Shown one piece after another: positions 21,248-31,129 of a DNA stretch of 61,374 nt. The notes below the pieces were generated by a model that made no database searches, was not told the DNA's origin, and saw only the letters and a list, made by a program, of their open reading frames with translations. The position numbers were made by a program, and so were the translations under genes. The stretch's first letter is position 1; each line of letters opens with the position of its first letter. The DNA is from an uncultured Clostridia bacterium (lineage in GTDB: Bacteria > Bacillota > Clostridia > TANB77 > CAG-508). The stretch is from positions 1 to 61,374 of the forward strand of contig CALXUT010000039.1 of assembly GCA_944391755.1 (NCBI GenBank). Reading direction: 5' to 3'.

Positions 21248-22726
21248 TTATAATATAATACAAATTAGTCCGCCACTACCTTCATTAACAATGCGTTCCA
21301 ATGTTTCTTGTAATTTCATTTGCGCTTCTACAGGCATTTTGGCAAGTTTTGTTTGTAAACCTTCATTAACAAGTTCATTTAAGCTTTTTCCAAAGATGTT
21401 AGAACTCCAAATACTCGTAGGATCATTTTCAAAACCAGAAAGTAAGTAATTCACAAGTTCTTCAGATTGTTTTTCAGATCCAACAATAGGAGAAACTTCT
21501 GTTTCAATATTGGCACGAATCAAATGGATGGAAGGAGCTGTTGCGCGAAGTCGAACACCGAAGCGAGAACCTTGTTTTACCATTTCAGGTTCGTCTAAAA
21601 CAAGTTCATCAATAGAAGGTGTAACAATTCCATATCCTTTTGTTTTAACTTCTTCTAAAGCATTTGCTATTTTGTCGTATTTCTTTTTGGTACTTGCTAA
21701 ATCACTCATAATAGAGAAAAGTTCTCCTTCATTTGTAATTTCCATGCCTGTGATTTGGGATAATACAGTATAAAATAATTCATCTTTCAATTGAATAGAT
21801 ACACAGACTTTTCCTGTGCCTAGCATAATTTGATTTATAAAGGTTTTAGAAATGATATCTGTACTATCAATAGAAGAAATGCAACTAGAAATATCTTTTA
21901 ATGCAGAAACATTTGCAAAGGCAGTTTTAATTTGTTCAAATAATTTTGTTTTTAAAGGATGTGAAAAATCTAAACCATCCATCCACTTTGGAAAACAAAT
22001 TTGTATTTCTTCAACAGGAAACTCATAAAGTAGATTTGAAAACATCGTATTTATGTCTTCTGCTGTTAAGTCTTCACAGTTAATCGGCATAACAGTTGTA
22101 TGATATTTTTCAGATAATTGTGTAGATAATTCTCTAGCTTCAGGAGAAGATGGGGTTGCACAGTTTAATAAAATGATGAATGGCTTATTTAGGGCACGAA
22201 GTTCCCCAACAACTCTTTCTTCAGCATTAACATAATCTTCACGAGGGATGTCTGTAATAGAACCATCTGTGGTAATTAAAATTCCAATTGTTGAATGTTC
22301 TTCAATAACTTTTTTTGTGCCAATTTCAGCAGCAGTTTCAAAAGGGATTTCTTCTTCAGACCATGGAGTTTTTACCATCCTTGGCATGTCATCCTCTAGA
22401 TAACCAATTGCATTATCTACTAAGTAACCAACACAATCGACTAAACGCGTTTTTAACTTTAAATTTTTATCTATTGTAATTTCAACAGCTTCATTTGGAA
22501 CAAATTTTGGCTCAGTCGTCATGATTGTACGACCACCAGCACTTTGAGGAAGTTCATCTTTAGCCCTTTCTTTTTTGTACTCATTATCTATATTGGGAAT
22601 AACCAATAAATCCATAAACTTTTTTATAAAAGTAGATTTACCAGTTCTCACAGGGCCAACAACACCAATATAAATATCGCCATCAGTTCGTTTTGCTATA
22701 TCCTGATATAAGCCTACATTTTCCAT
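21248..22726 (-). CDS. spoIVA: Stage IV sporulation protein A
   Basis: GDIYIGVVGPVRTGKSTFIK, DELPQS, MTTEPKF and C-terminal GSGGLICIIL; 492 aa. Confidence 0.98.
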   Translation of the reverse strand: MENVGLYQDIAKRTDGDIYIGVVGPVRTGKSTFIKKFMDLLVIPNIDNEYKKERAKDELPQSAGGRTIMTTEPKFVPNEAVEITIDKNLKLKTRLVDCVGYLVDNAIGYLEDDMPRMVKTPWSEEEIPFETAAEIGTKKVIEEHSTIGILITTDGSITDIPREDYVNAEERVVGELRALNKPFIILLNCATPSSPEARELSTQLSEKYHTTVMPINCEDLTAEDINTMFSNLLYEFPVEEIQICFPKWMDGLDFSHPLKTKLFEQIKTAFANVSALKDISSCISSIDSTDIISKTFINQIMLGTGKVCVSIQLKDELFYTVLSQITGMEITNEGELFSIMSDLASTKKKYDKIANALEEVKTKGYGIVTPSIDELVLDEPEMVKQGSRFGVRLRATAPSIHLIRANIETEVSPIVGSEKQSEELVNYLLSGFENDPTSIWSSNIFGKSLNELVNEGLQTKLAKMPVEAQMKLQETLERIVNEGSGGLICIIL

Positions 22727-22773
22727 CTATAATACCTCCTTGAATTTTCATATTTAAGACAAACTTTTATTAA

Positions 22774-22803
22774 TATATATGGAGTATTTATTAAGAATAT
22801 GAC
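22774..22803 (-). promoter_or_regulatory. sigmaE-type promoter of spoIVA
   Basis: TCATA-16 nt-CATATA on the minus strand; spoIVA is a known sigmaE target. Confidence 0.5.
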
Positions 22804-22896
22804 AGCCTTTTAAGAAAAACTTGCTAAAAAAAAATAAATGTGATAGAATAGCAATGTTGAAATGCATATAATATACTAAAATTGACATAAAGGAGA

Positions 22897-24153
22897 ATGA
22901 TAATGGATAAATTACAAGATGCAATTGATATTTTAAAAGAATATCATCAAGACCATATTATTAGATTATTAGAAAAATTAGATGAAAAACATAAACAAGA
23001 ACTTATTGATCAAATACATAGTATAGATTTTCATCAAATCATGGAATTATATAACAATACAAAAAAAGAAATAGAATTTAAAGAAAGCAAAATAGAACCA
23101 TTAAAATATTTAGATAAAGCAAAATTGACAGAAAAACAAAGAGCTAGATTTGATGAACTTGGAGAAAAAATTATTAGAAATGGTAAATATGCAGTTGTTA
23201 CAATGGCAGGAGGACAAGGGACAAGATTAGGGCATTCCGGACCAAAAGGAACTTTTAAATTAGATGTATATGGAAAAGGAAAATATTTATTTGAAATTTT
23301 AGCAGAAAATTTAAAAGAAGCAAATGAAAAATATCATACAACCATTCCTTGGTACATCATGACAAGTAGAGAAAACAACAAAGAAACAGTAGAATTTTTA
23401 GAAAAACATAATTATTTTGGATATGATAAAAATTATGTGACCATATTTACACAAAGTGAATTACCATTAGTAGATGAAGATGGCAAATTATTAATAGAAA
23501 AGGACTATAAAATAAAAGAAGCTTCTGATGGTAATGGAGGAACTTATTCCTCATTAAGAAATTCTGGTGCTTTAGCAGATATGAAAGAAAGAGGAATTAA
23601 ATGGGTATTTATTGGTGGCGTAGATAATGTACTATTAAAAATGGCAGATGTCACATTATTGGGAATGGCAAAAGAAAAAAAAGTACAAATTGCTTCCAAA
23701 TCAGTAGTAAAGGCAAATCCACATGAAAAAGTTGGCGTATTCTGCAAAATGAATGGTCATCCAAAAGTAATAGAATATGCTGAATTACCAGAAAAGATGG
23801 CAGAAGAGGTAGACAGAAAAGGCGAATTAAAATATGGAGAATCTAATATTATATGTCATTTATATACAATAGAAGCACTTGAGAAAGCAAGTAAAGAAAT
23901 ATTAATGTATCATAGTGCCCACAAAAAGAATTCTTATATAGATGAAGAAGGAAAAGAAGTGATTCCAGATAAACCAAATTCCTATAAATTTGAATCATTT
24001 ATATTTGATGCATTTGAATTTTTTGATGATATAGCAATTTTAAGAGGAAAAAGAGAGGATGATTTTGCGCCTGTAAAAAATAAAGAAGGTGTAGATAGTC
24101 CTAAGACAGCTAAAGAATTGTATGAAAAGTATTGGAACAAAAGAAAAAATTAA
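22897..24153 (+). CDS. UDPGP-family sugar-1-phosphate uridylyltransferase (eukaryotic UAP1/AGX-like UDP-GlcNAc pyrophosphorylase)
   Basis: MAGGQGTRLG..GPKG, DGNGG, VDNVL, EYAEL, YKFESFIFD and FAPVKN. Confidence 0.85.
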   Translation: MIMDKLQDAIDILKEYHQDHIIRLLEKLDEKHKQELIDQIHSIDFHQIMELYNNTKKEIEFKESKIEPLKYLDKAKLTEKQRARFDELGEKIIRNGKYAVVTMAGGQGTRLGHSGPKGTFKLDVYGKGKYLFEILAENLKEANEKYHTTIPWYIMTSRENNKETVEFLEKHNYFGYDKNYVTIFTQSELPLVDEDGKLLIEKDYKIKEASDGNGGTYSSLRNSGALADMKERGIKWVFIGGVDNVLLKMADVTLLGMAKEKKVQIASKSVVKANPHEKVGVFCKMNGHPKVIEYAELPEKMAEEVDRKGELKYGESNIICHLYTIEALEKASKEILMYHSAHKKNSYIDEEGKEVIPDKPNSYKFESFIFDAFEFFDDIAILRGKREDDFAPVKNKEGVDSPKTAKELYEKYWNKRKN

Positions 24154-24180
24154 CAAAAGGGACAGTTCTTTTTGTTAATT
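24148..24180. repeat. Terminator-like hairpin carrying the REP-like GGGACAGTTCTT unit
   Basis: aattaacaaaaggga-cagt-tctttttgttaatt. Confidence 0.55.
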
Positions 24181-24235
24181 TTTGAAACTTAGACTAAAAA
24201 TTGAAAGATTAAATAGTCTATAGAAAGGATTATAT

Positions 24236-24901
24236 ATGGAAGAATGCAAAATTAAAAATTTATATAATTTAGAAGAAACAATAGCAAAGCCTTTGTTAGA
24301 GAATCTAACCTATCCTTGGGAGGCATTGCCAAAAATAAATGATTTTATTATAGAACTTGGAAATTCACTTGATACAGAAATATATGAGCAAAAAGGTGAA
24401 AATATATGGATAGCTAAAAGTGCAACAGTTGCGCCAACAGCATATATTAAAGGCCCAGCTATTATTGGAGAAAATGCAGAAATCAGACATTGTGCTTTTA
24501 TAAGAGGAAAAGCGATAGTTGGAAATCATGCAGTTGTAGGAAATTCAACAGAATTAAAAAATGTCATATTATTTAATAATGTGCAAGTACCACATTATAA
24601 TTATGTGGGAGATTCCATTTTAGGATATAAATCTCATATGGGTGCTGGTTCTATTACTTCCAATGTAAAATCAGATAAGAAATTAGTCATTGTAAAAAAT
24701 GGAGAAAAAAACATAGAAACAGGATTAAAGAAATTTGGAGCAATGATAGGAGACAATGTAGAAGTGGGTTGTGGTAGTATTTTAAATCCAGGAAGTGTTA
24801 TTGGGAAAAATACCAATATTTATCCATTATCTTCTGTTAGAGGTGTTATACCAGAAAATAGTATTTATAAAAATCAAAATGAAGTTGTAGATAAAATTTA
24901 A
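24236..24901 (+). CDS. Stand-alone hexapeptide-repeat acyltransferase, GlmU C-terminal-like
   Basis: Left-handed beta-helix repeats, PHYNYVGDSILG and GDNVEVGCGSILNPG. Confidence 0.8.
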   Translation: MEECKIKNLYNLEETIAKPLLENLTYPWEALPKINDFIIELGNSLDTEIYEQKGENIWIAKSATVAPTAYIKGPAIIGENAEIRHCAFIRGKAIVGNHAVVGNSTELKNVILFNNVQVPHYNYVGDSILGYKSHMGAGSITSNVKSDKKLVIVKNGEKNIETGLKKFGAMIGDNVEVGCGSILNPGSVIGKNTNIYPLSSVRGVIPENSIYKNQNEVVDKI

Positions 24902-24985
24902 AAATAAGATATAACTATTTTTTACAGAAAACATATTTCAGTTTTTAAATATGTTCTGAAAATAAATAGTTATATCTTATTTTTT
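24901..24985. terminator. Long (~85 nt) near-perfect hairpin between convergent genes
   Basis: aaaataagatataactatt...aatagttatatcttatttt with an inner acatattt/aaatatgt stem. Confidence 0.65.
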
Positions 24986-25002
24986 GTTAACCTTTTAATG
25001 AA

Positions 25003-25374
25003 TTACATTTCTTGGTTTCCGGGTATGAAGTAATCTATTACACCATATATTAATGCGCCAATGATAGCAGCTATCCAAGAAATTGAATATCCAGCTACAA
25101 AGAATTGAGTAACATATAATGTAATGGCAGCTAAAGCAAATCCAACAAAACCTTTTCCAAAAGGACTTGCATGTAGACCTGTAAATTTAACAATTAAATA
25201 ATCCATTACAGTTAAAACAACTGCAGCAATTGCTAGAGTCCATATATTGTTTATAGTAAAACCAGGTGTAAAAAACGCTGTAATCGCTAAAACAATAGCA
25301 GCTGTAATTAATCTACCAACAATTTGCCAAACTGTAGAAGTACGATTGGCACTATTACTTTGAGTATTTGACAT
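25003..25374 (-). CDS. Four-TM 'phage holin family' (YvlD-like) membrane protein
   Basis: TPGFTI and ASPFGKGFVGF motifs with four hydrophobic segments; no phage genes nearby. Confidence 0.75.
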   Translation of the reverse strand: MSNTQSNSANRTSTVWQIVGRLITAAIVLAITAFFTPGFTINNIWTLAIAAVVLTVMDYLIVKFTGLHASPFGKGFVGFALAAITLYVTQFFVAGYSISWIAAIIGALIYGVIDYFIPGNQEM

Positions 25375-25431
25375 ATCAAAACCTCCTTATTTATTAGTTG
25401 TATTGAACATATTTTTTCAAGGTTATATGAA

Positions 25432-25460
25432 TAGTATTTACAACAAAAATTTTATTATGC
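25432..25460 (-). promoter_or_regulatory. Possible sigmaG/sigmaF forespore promoter
   Basis: GCATA-17 nt-AATACTA on the minus strand upstream of the YvlD-like gene. Confidence 0.35.
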
Positions 25461-25521
25461 AAAAATCGTATAAATAACTAAAAAATGTAGAAAATAAAAA
25501 TGAAAAACAGGAGGAAAAATA

Positions 25522-26202
25522 ATGTTAATAACATTTTTTAGAGCGATCGTTTTATACATTTTGGTATTAATTGTAATGAGGTTAATGGGAAAAAGAGAAA
25601 TCGGACAATTACAACCATTTGAATTGGCAATTTCCATAATGATAGCAGATTTAGCTGCAGTTCCAATGGCAGAAACGGGTGTTCCTATTACTAATGGGAT
25701 TATGCCAATATTAGGATTATTAGTGATGCATTTGACAATTTCAATCATAAATATAAAAAGTACAAAAGCAAGAGAAATTATTTGTGGAAAGCCATCTATA
25801 CTAATTTTTAGAGGGAAGATTGATGAAAAAGTATTAAAAAAGGAAAGGTTTACAATAAACGAACTTGAAGAAAGATTAAGAGATAATAATATTTTTAACA
25901 TTGGGGATGTAGAATATGCCATTTTAGAAACAAGTGGACAAGTAACAGTAATACCAAAACCTGAAAAGAAATCTGTAACACCGGAGGATTTAAATATAGA
26001 ACCCAAATATGAAGGTATAGCTTATGATTTAGTTGTTGATGGGAAAGTAATGTATCAAAACTTAGAAAAAATAGGTAAAAATTATATTTGGCTAAAAAAA
26101 CAAACTGAAAAGTTTGGAATAAAACCAGAAGAAGCTCTAATTGTTACAATGGATGGTGAAAGTAAATTTTTTTGCCAAGCATTAGAAAAGAAAGGAAAAT
26201 AA
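25522..26202 (+). CDS. DUF421 (YetF/YrbG-like) membrane protein
   Basis: RLMGKREIGQLQPFEL, GKPSILI and AILETSGQVTV. Confidence 0.9.
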   Translation: MLITFFRAIVLYILVLIVMRLMGKREIGQLQPFELAISIMIADLAAVPMAETGVPITNGIMPILGLLVMHLTISIINIKSTKAREIICGKPSILIFRGKIDEKVLKKERFTINELEERLRDNNIFNIGDVEYAILETSGQVTVIPKPEKKSVTPEDLNIEPKYEGIAYDLVVDGKVMYQNLEKIGKNYIWLKKQTEKFGIKPEEALIVTMDGESKFFCQALEKKGK

Positions 26203-26203
26203 T

Positions 26204-26587
26204 ATGTTTAAAGAACTTATCATTAGTATTGTTATTATCATTTCAATATTTTCACTAGATATGTTTACACAGAATTATACAGAAAAATCTGTTGAAAGAA
26301 TAACAGAGCAATTTTCTAATCTTAAAAAATATATATCAGATGATAATGCTGAAAATATTCAAAATACGATAAAAAATATTGATGATGATTGGGAAAAAAT
26401 ACATGATAAATTAGCATATTATATAGAACATGATGAATTAGAAAAAGTGGATACAGCAATTATTACGATGAAAAGTTATATTGAGTCAAAAGATTATTCT
26501 TCCGCAATTGCAGAATTAGATGAGGGAAAATTCGTACTTGAACATATTCAAGAAAAAAATTCATTCAACTTGCAAAATATATTTTAA
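26204..26587 (+). CDS. DUF4363 family protein
   Basis: W...LAYYIEHDELEKVD motif; usual partner of DUF421. Confidence 0.8.
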   Translation: MFKELIISIVIIISIFSLDMFTQNYTEKSVERITEQFSNLKKYISDDNAENIQNTIKNIDDDWEKIHDKLAYYIEHDELEKVDTAIITMKSYIESKDYSSAIAELDEGKFVLEHIQEKNSFNLQNIF

Positions 26588-26680
26588 ATGACAAAGCACT
26601 TACTATCATAAGTGCTTTTACTTTTTTGCTTTAATACCTTGATTTTATTAGAAATATATATTATAATACTTAAAGTTATT

Positions 26681-26756
26681 GCTTCCATAGCTCAGTAGGT
26701 AGAGTGCCACCTTGGTAAGGTGGAGGTCACGGGTTCAATTCCCGTTGGAAGCTCCA
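26681..26756 (+). tRNA. tRNA-Thr(GGT)
   Basis: Cloverleaf with anticodon arm ccacc-ttGGTaa-ggtgg, GGTTCAATTCC T-loop and encoded CCA. Confidence 0.97.
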
Positions 26757-26780
26757 GTAATAAAAAAAGGAGAGATGATT

Positions 26781-28286
26781 ATGCAAGAAAACAATAATCA
26801 AAATCAAGAAGTAGAACTAGATGAAAATCACTTAATACAAATTAGAAAAGAAAAATTAAGAGAATTACAAGAACAAGGTAAAGATCCATATGAAATTACA
26901 AAATTTGATAGAACAAATTCAGCAGGAGAAATAAAAGCAAATTATGAAGATTTTGAACAAAAAGATGTGGCCATTGCAGGAAGAATTATTGCAAAAAGAA
27001 TTATGGGAAAAGCATCATTTTGTACAATATTAGATAGTGACGAAAAAATACAAAGTTATGTAAGTATCAATGACTTAGGTGAAGAAAGCTATAAAGCTTT
27101 TAAAACATGGGATATTGGAGATATAATAGGAATAAAAGGATTTGTATTTAAAACAAGAACAGAAGAAATATCTGTACATGCAAAAGAAATAATATTACTT
27201 TCTAAATCTTTAAGACCATTACCAGAAAAATTCCATGGATTAAAAGATATTGATTTAAGATATAGACAAAGATATGTGGACTTAATCATCAATCCAGAGG
27301 TAAAAGAAACATTTATAAAAAGAAGTCAGATTATCAATGAAATAAGAAATATCTTAAATGAAAAAGGATATTTAGAGGTTGAAACACCAATATTAAATAC
27401 AATATCAGGAGGAGCAACAGCTAGACCATTTATTACACATCATAATACATTAGATATTGATATGTATTTAAGAATTGCAACAGAATTAAACTTAAAAAGA
27501 TTGATTGTTGGCGGATATGATAAAGTATATGAAATTGGAAGAATATTCAGAAATGAAGGTATGGATATAAGACATAATCCAGAATTTACATCTATAGAAT
27601 TTTATGCAGCATATCAAAATTACCATGATATGATGGATATTACAGAAGAAATTTTCCAAAGATGTGCCATGAAAGTTTGTGGAACAACCAAAATAACATA
27701 TCAAGGAACAGAAATTGATTTAGGTGGAAAATGGAAAAGAATTAGTATGATTGACAGTATAAAAGAAGTAACAGATGTTGATTTTAATGAAATCAATACA
27801 GATGAAGAAGCTGTTGCTTTAGCGAAAGAAAGAAAAATAGAAATTCCAAATGGAAAAGAAACAAGAGGAAATGTCATCAGTTTATTCTTTGATGAATATG
27901 TTGAAAAAACATTAATACAACCAACATTTATATATGATTATCCAATCGAAATTTCACCACTTGCTAAAAAATCTAAAAAGGATCCTCGTTTAACAGAAAG
28001 ATTTGAAGCATTTATAGATGGTAGAGAATATGGAAATGCTTTCTCAGAGTTAAATGATCCAATTGATCAATATGAAAGATTTAAAGAAGAAATAAGAGCT
28101 AGAGAAAATGGTGATGAAGAAGCAGGAATGATGGATGAAGACTTTGTTAATGCTCTTGAATATGGAATGCCACCAACTGGGGGAGAAGGTATAGGAATCG
28201 ATAGATTAGTCATGTTACTTACAGATTCAGCATCAATAAGAGATGTATTACTATTCCCAACAATGAAACCATTAAACGAAAGATAA
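26781..28286 (+). CDS. lysS: Lysine--tRNA ligase (class II)
   Basis: GKASF, LRYRQRY, EVETP, YLRIATE, FRNEG and YGMPPTGG. Start moved to 26781 behind AGGAGA. Confidence 0.98.
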   Translation: MQENNNQNQEVELDENHLIQIRKEKLRELQEQGKDPYEITKFDRTNSAGEIKANYEDFEQKDVAIAGRIIAKRIMGKASFCTILDSDEKIQSYVSINDLGEESYKAFKTWDIGDIIGIKGFVFKTRTEEISVHAKEIILLSKSLRPLPEKFHGLKDIDLRYRQRYVDLIINPEVKETFIKRSQIINEIRNILNEKGYLEVETPILNTISGGATARPFITHHNTLDIDMYLRIATELNLKRLIVGGYDKVYEIGRIFRNEGMDIRHNPEFTSIEFYAAYQNYHDMMDITEEIFQRCAMKVCGTTKITYQGTEIDLGGKWKRISMIDSIKEVTDVDFNEINTDEEAVALAKERKIEIPNGKETRGNVISLFFDEYVEKTLIQPTFIYDYPIEISPLAKKSKKDPRLTERFEAFIDGREYGNAFSELNDPIDQYERFKEEIRARENGDEEAGMMDEDFVNALEYGMPPTGGEGIGIDRLVMLLTDSASIRDVLLFPTMKPLNER

Positions 28287-28308
28287 GAGGGGAAGATAGG
28301 AGAATTTT

Positions 28309-29046
28309 ATGTTTGGATTTAATTTTGACAAAAAAAGTTTATATATTATAATAGGTATACTTGTAGTACTTTCATTATTATCCTATGGAACGGACAGTTT
28401 ATTTGGATTAGTTCTATCCATCCCTGCAGTTTTATTAGCAATAACTGTACATGAATTTGGTCATGCTTTTGCAGCTTATAAGCTTGGGGATGACACACCA
28501 TTAAGACAAGGAAGATTAAGTTTAAATCCATTAGACCATATTGACCCTCTAGGATTAGCAATGTTATTATTTGCTCATATTGGATGGGGAAAACCTGTAC
28601 AGATAGATCCAAGAAATTACAATAGAAACATATCTGTAGAAAAAGCAGATGCAATCGTATCATTTGCAGGACCATTAATGAATTTTATTACAGCAATCGT
28701 ATTTGCATTAATATATTGTGCTATATTCAAATTTGCAAGTGCAACATTTATCTTAAGCAATATAGGAATTATTATTATTCAAATAGTAGGGTATATTGTT
28801 ACATTAAATATAGGATTAGGAGTATTTAACTTAATCCCATTACCACCATTAGATGGTTCAAAAATATTTTTACCAATATTGCCATATAATGCAAAATCTT
28901 GGTTTATAGACCATGAACAAATATTTTACATTGTATTTTTAGTAATATGGATAACAGGAATTGCAGGAAGATTAATATCACCTATTATTTCACAAATTTC
29001 TGATTGGATATTAGGATTTGCCATGTCTATATTTGGATTACAATAA
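28309..29046 (+). CDS. Site-2 protease family (peptidase M50)
   Basis: HEFGH, AGPLMN and FNLIPLPPLDG. Confidence 0.92.
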   Translation: MFGFNFDKKSLYIIIGILVVLSLLSYGTDSLFGLVLSIPAVLLAITVHEFGHAFAAYKLGDDTPLRQGRLSLNPLDHIDPLGLAMLLFAHIGWGKPVQIDPRNYNRNISVEKADAIVSFAGPLMNFITAIVFALIYCAIFKFASATFILSNIGIIIIQIVGYIVTLNIGLGVFNLIPLPPLDGSKIFLPILPYNAKSWFIDHEQIFYIVFLVIWITGIAGRLISPIISQISDWILGFAMSIFGLQ

Positions 29047-29052
29047 ACTTAA

Positions 29053-29215
29053 TATGATTTATGATTTAATAATTTCTTAAAAAATTGTAGATATATTCCT
29101 ATTTTTGGTCAAAAACATAGCTGGGGTCTTCCTATAGGTCTTTGACTGCAAAATAGGAATATATCTACATTAGAAATAATTATGATAAATAAATAACAAA
29201 TCATAACAAAATCAT
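29053..29215. repeat. Long intergenic inverted repeat (~160 nt fold-back)
   Basis: tgtagatatattcctattttt-ggtcaaa (29086-29113) pairs with tttgactgcaaaataggaatatatctaca (29141-29169); imperfect outer arms extend it. Confidence 0.7.
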
Positions 29216-29252
29216 TTATACCTTATTGTAAGGAAGGAACGAAATAAAAAAA

Positions 29253-30239
29253 GTGAAAGATATAGTCGTTTTAGGAATAGAATCAAGTTGTGATGAGACC
29301 TCTGTAGCCGTTGTAAAAAACGGCCGAGAGGTTTTATCCAATATTATTGATACACAAATAAAAATTCATGAGCAATTTGGAGGAGTCGTACCAGAAATTG
29401 CATCAAGGAATCATATAGAAGCAATATCAAGAGTAACAAAACAAGCGTTGGAAGGAGCAAAAATACAGTTTGAAGATATAGATGTTATTGCACCAACATA
29501 TGGGCCAGGTCTAGTAGGCGCATTACTTGTAGGTGTATCTTATGGTAGAGGATTAGCATATGCCTTAAATAAACCATTAGTAGGGGTAAACCATTTAGAA
29601 GGACATATAGCAGCAAACTACATTACACATCCTGATTTAAAACCACCATTTATATGTATGTTAACATCAGGGGGAAATACACAAATTGTATATGTAAAAG
29701 ATTATTGTGAAATGGAAGTTTTAGGAAGAACTAGAGATGATGCAATAGGTGAAGCATTTGACAAGGTTGCAAGAGTTGTTGGCTTAGGATATCCAGGAGG
29801 ACCTAAAGTAGATAAACTTGCTGAGCAGGGTGAACCAACAATAGACTTTCCAAAAACTCATTTTGAAAACTTAGATTTTAGCTTTAGTGGAATAAAAACA
29901 GCAGTTATCAATTTGCATCATAAAAATCCTGAAGTAAAAAAAGAAGATTTATGTATGAGTTTTGAAAAAGCAGTTACAGAAGTCCTTATAGAAAACATAA
30001 CAAAAGCAATAGAGCAAACAGGAATAAAAAAGATTGTTTTAGCAGGAGGCGTTTCAGCGAATACATATATAAGAAGAGAGTTTATGAAATTAGAAGATAA
30101 AGGAATAAAAGTATATCAACCAGACTTAAAATTATGTACAGACAATGGCGCTATGATTGGAGCGGCAGGATATTATAGATATCTTAATGGTGATCTTTCA
30201 AGTTCTACATTAAATGCAGTGCCAAATTTAAAAATTTAA
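29253..30239 (+). CDS. tsaD: tRNA N6-adenosine threonylcarbamoyltransferase TsaD
   Basis: [41 protein letters not shown] and CTDNGAMI. Confidence 0.97.
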   Translation: MKDIVVLGIESSCDETSVAVVKNGREVLSNIIDTQIKIHEQFGGVVPEIASRNHIEAISRVTKQALEGAKIQFEDIDVIAPTYGPGLVGALLVGVSYGRGLAYALNKPLVGVNHLEGHIAANYITHPDLKPPFICMLTSGGNTQIVYVKDYCEMEVLGRTRDDAIGEAFDKVARVVGLGYPGGPKVDKLAEQGEPTIDFPKTHFENLDFSFSGIKTAVINLHHKNPEVKKEDLCMSFEKAVTEVLIENITKAIEQTGIKKIVLAGGVSANTYIRREFMKLEDKGIKVYQPDLKLCTDNGAMIGAAGYYRYLNGDLSSSTLNAVPNLKI

Positions 30240-30252
30240 TTTCGCGGAATTT

Positions 30253-30327
30253 GGGGACAGTCCTTTTTGTTCAATTTGAACTTTGGGGACAGACCTTAAA
30301 ATTAAAATTGAACAAAAAGGAACGTCC
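30253..30327. repeat. REP-like hairpin element with three GGGAC-motif units
   Basis: ggggacagtcctttttgttcaattt ... ggggacagacctt ... aaattgaacaaaaaggaacgtcc. Confidence 0.7.
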
Positions 30328-30349
30328 TTAAAGTAAAAGGAGAAAAAAT

Positions 30350-31054
30350 ATGTCAATATTTGTAATAGGAGATTTGCACCTATCTTTTAATAATACAAAG
30401 CCAATGGATATATTTGGAGAGAATTGGTCAGGTCATGAAGAAAAAATTAAAAAGAATTGGATGGAAAAAGTAAAAGAAAATGATTTAGTAGTTTTGCCAG
30501 GAGATTTTTCTTGGGAAACCTATTTAGAAAATACGAAATTAGATTTTGCGTATTTAAATAATTTACCAGGTAAGAAACTGCTATTAAAAGGCAATCACGA
30601 TTATTGGTGGACAACTCTTACAAGTATGAGGGCTTTTTTGAAAGAGAATAATTTTACAAATATTGATTTTTTATATAATAATAGTTATGAATTTGAGAAT
30701 AAAATTTTGTGTGGTACAAGAGGATGGAGCATTGTAGATGAAGAAATGGATAAAAAGCTTATTAAAAGAGAATTGATAAGATTAGAATTATCTATAAAAG
30801 ATGGTATCAGTAAATTTGGAACGGATAAGGAAATAATCGTATTTATGCATTATCCTCCCATTACAAAATCTAAAATGCTTACAAGTCAAGAAACAGAGTT
30901 TATAGGAATGATGAATACATATCATATTAAAAGATGCTATTATGGTCATTTACATGGTTCTTCAATACATGATGCAGTTGAAGGAACTATAAATGGAATA
31001 GAATTAAAATTGATTAGTGCAGATGGACTAGATTTTGATTTAATAAAAATATGA
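30350..31054 (+). CDS. Calcineurin-like metallophosphoesterase
   Basis: GDLH, PGD, GNHD, MHYPP and GHLH motifs. Confidence 0.92.
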   Translation: MSIFVIGDLHLSFNNTKPMDIFGENWSGHEEKIKKNWMEKVKENDLVVLPGDFSWETYLENTKLDFAYLNNLPGKKLLLKGNHDYWWTTLTSMRAFLKENNFTNIDFLYNNSYEFENKILCGTRGWSIVDEEMDKKLIKRELIRLELSIKDGISKFGTDKEIIVFMHYPPITKSKMLTSQETEFIGMMNTYHIKRCYYGHLHGSSIHDAVEGTINGIELKLISADGLDFDLIKI

Positions 31055-31129
31055 AAACAAGAATTATTTTAAAATTCTTGTTTTTTTATATCGAATATAG
31101 TAAAATAGACACATAGAAAGGGGGAAAAT

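Noticed and set aside
25003-25374. Holin as evidence of a prophage
   Set aside because: It belongs to a YvlD-type chromosomal family, is flanked by housekeeping and sporulation genes, and no phage genes are nearby.
26712-26780. N-terminal extension of the LysS ORF ([15 protein letters not shown]...)
   Set aside because: It overlaps tRNA-Thr; the real start is at 26781 behind AGGAGA.
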